64,000 nucleotides of DNA, taken from contig NC_092672.1 of NCBI RefSeq assembly GCF_964355755.1, forward strand, positions 6,324,001 to 6,388,000, given 5' to 3'. Each line of letters starts with the position of its first letter. The first letter of the stretch is position 1. Below the pieces are notes generated by a model that saw only the letters and a program-made list of their open reading frames with translations, searched no databases and was not told the origin of the DNA. Shown one piece after another: positions 63,588-64,000 of the stretch. Position numbers and translations under genes: made by a program. This stretch comes from Antedon mediterranea. Lineage: Eukaryota > Animalia > Echinodermata.

Positions 63588-64000
63588 ATGTTGCAAGATC
63601 GACTCAAAATATTAACGTTACTTTCAATATGTGGTTGGCTGTTTCTAAGCGTCACACTTGGTAACCTAAACAAATGGATTTTTGCGAACCATAATTTCAA
63701 CTACCCATTATTTTTAACAACGCTACATGTTTTAACAACATACATAGTCATCCATGTTGCTCTTCATAAGACCTCGCTAGGTGTGGCTTACGATGATCAA
63801 TGGAAAAATTTACCCACCGTCCAAGGAAATAAAATTCAAGTATTAAGTGTAATGTTTGCTGCAAGCATTGCCTTAGGAAATGTTGCCATTCAATATCTGT
63901 ATATTTCATTTGCGAAGATGATATTTGCTTTGACGCCACTTACAACTGTTTTGGTTTCGCGATTGCTACTGTGTAAAACTCACAATAACTACACGTATAT
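63588..64000 (+). CDS. SLC35E4: SLC35E4-like nucleotide-sugar / triose-phosphate-translocator family transporter, 5' part; runs off the right edge
   Basis: Open frame from ATG 63588 to window end: MLQDRLKILTLLSICGWLFLSVTLGNLNKWIFANHNFNYPLFLTTLHV...KIQVLSVMFAASIALGNVAIQYLYISFAKMIFALTPLTTVLVSRLLL. Has TPT/SLC35E signatures (W..LNKWIF..F.YP..LT.LH; GN....Y; TP). In-frame stop at 63546 and a splice acceptor at 63543 suggest a 5'UTR intron. Family is confident; the exact paralog (E4) is less so. Confidence 0.8.
   Translation, partial: MLQDRLKILTLLSICGWLFLSVTLGNLNKWIFANHNFNYPLFLTTLHVLTTYIVIHVALHKTSLGVAYDDQWKNLPTVQGNKIQVLSVMFAASIALGNVAIQYLYISFAKMIFALTPLTTVLVSRLLLCKTHNNYTY

Overview
AT-rich, intron-rich animal genomic DNA, most likely an invertebrate deuterostome (echinoderm-like; inferred from a Deu-domain SINE and the HNF1 gene structure). 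Five spliced protein-coding genes were reconstructed by hand from splice sites and frame continuity: the 5' part of GCN1 (-, 18 exons, runs off the left edge), complete SPPL3 (-, 11 exons, 383 aa), a complete HNF1 homeobox gene (+, 9 exons, ~674 aa), complete CUSTOS/C12orf43 (-, 6 exons, 255 aa), and the start of an SLC35E4-like transporter (+, runs off the right edge, absent from the ORF track). GCN1(-), SPPL3(-), HNF1(+), C12orf43(-) have the same order and orientation as on human 12q24, so this looks like very old microsynteny. Introns and intergenic DNA are full of non-autonomous mobile elements: MITEs, Kolobok-, Mutator-, hAT- and Harbinger-like elements, Helitron/Helentron, three SINE types, LINE 3' ends, a solo LTR, a foldback element and MITE-derived satellites. 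The most unusual sequence-level signal is a set of tiny scars that behave like transposon excision footprints when repeat copies are aligned (TA-CAG/CTG-TA, TA-GGCC-TA, and CATGGAGG..CCTCCATG with 7-bp duplications). No CRISPR, rRNA or genuine tRNA genes were found. All homology calls come from recognising sequence by eye; no searches were run.
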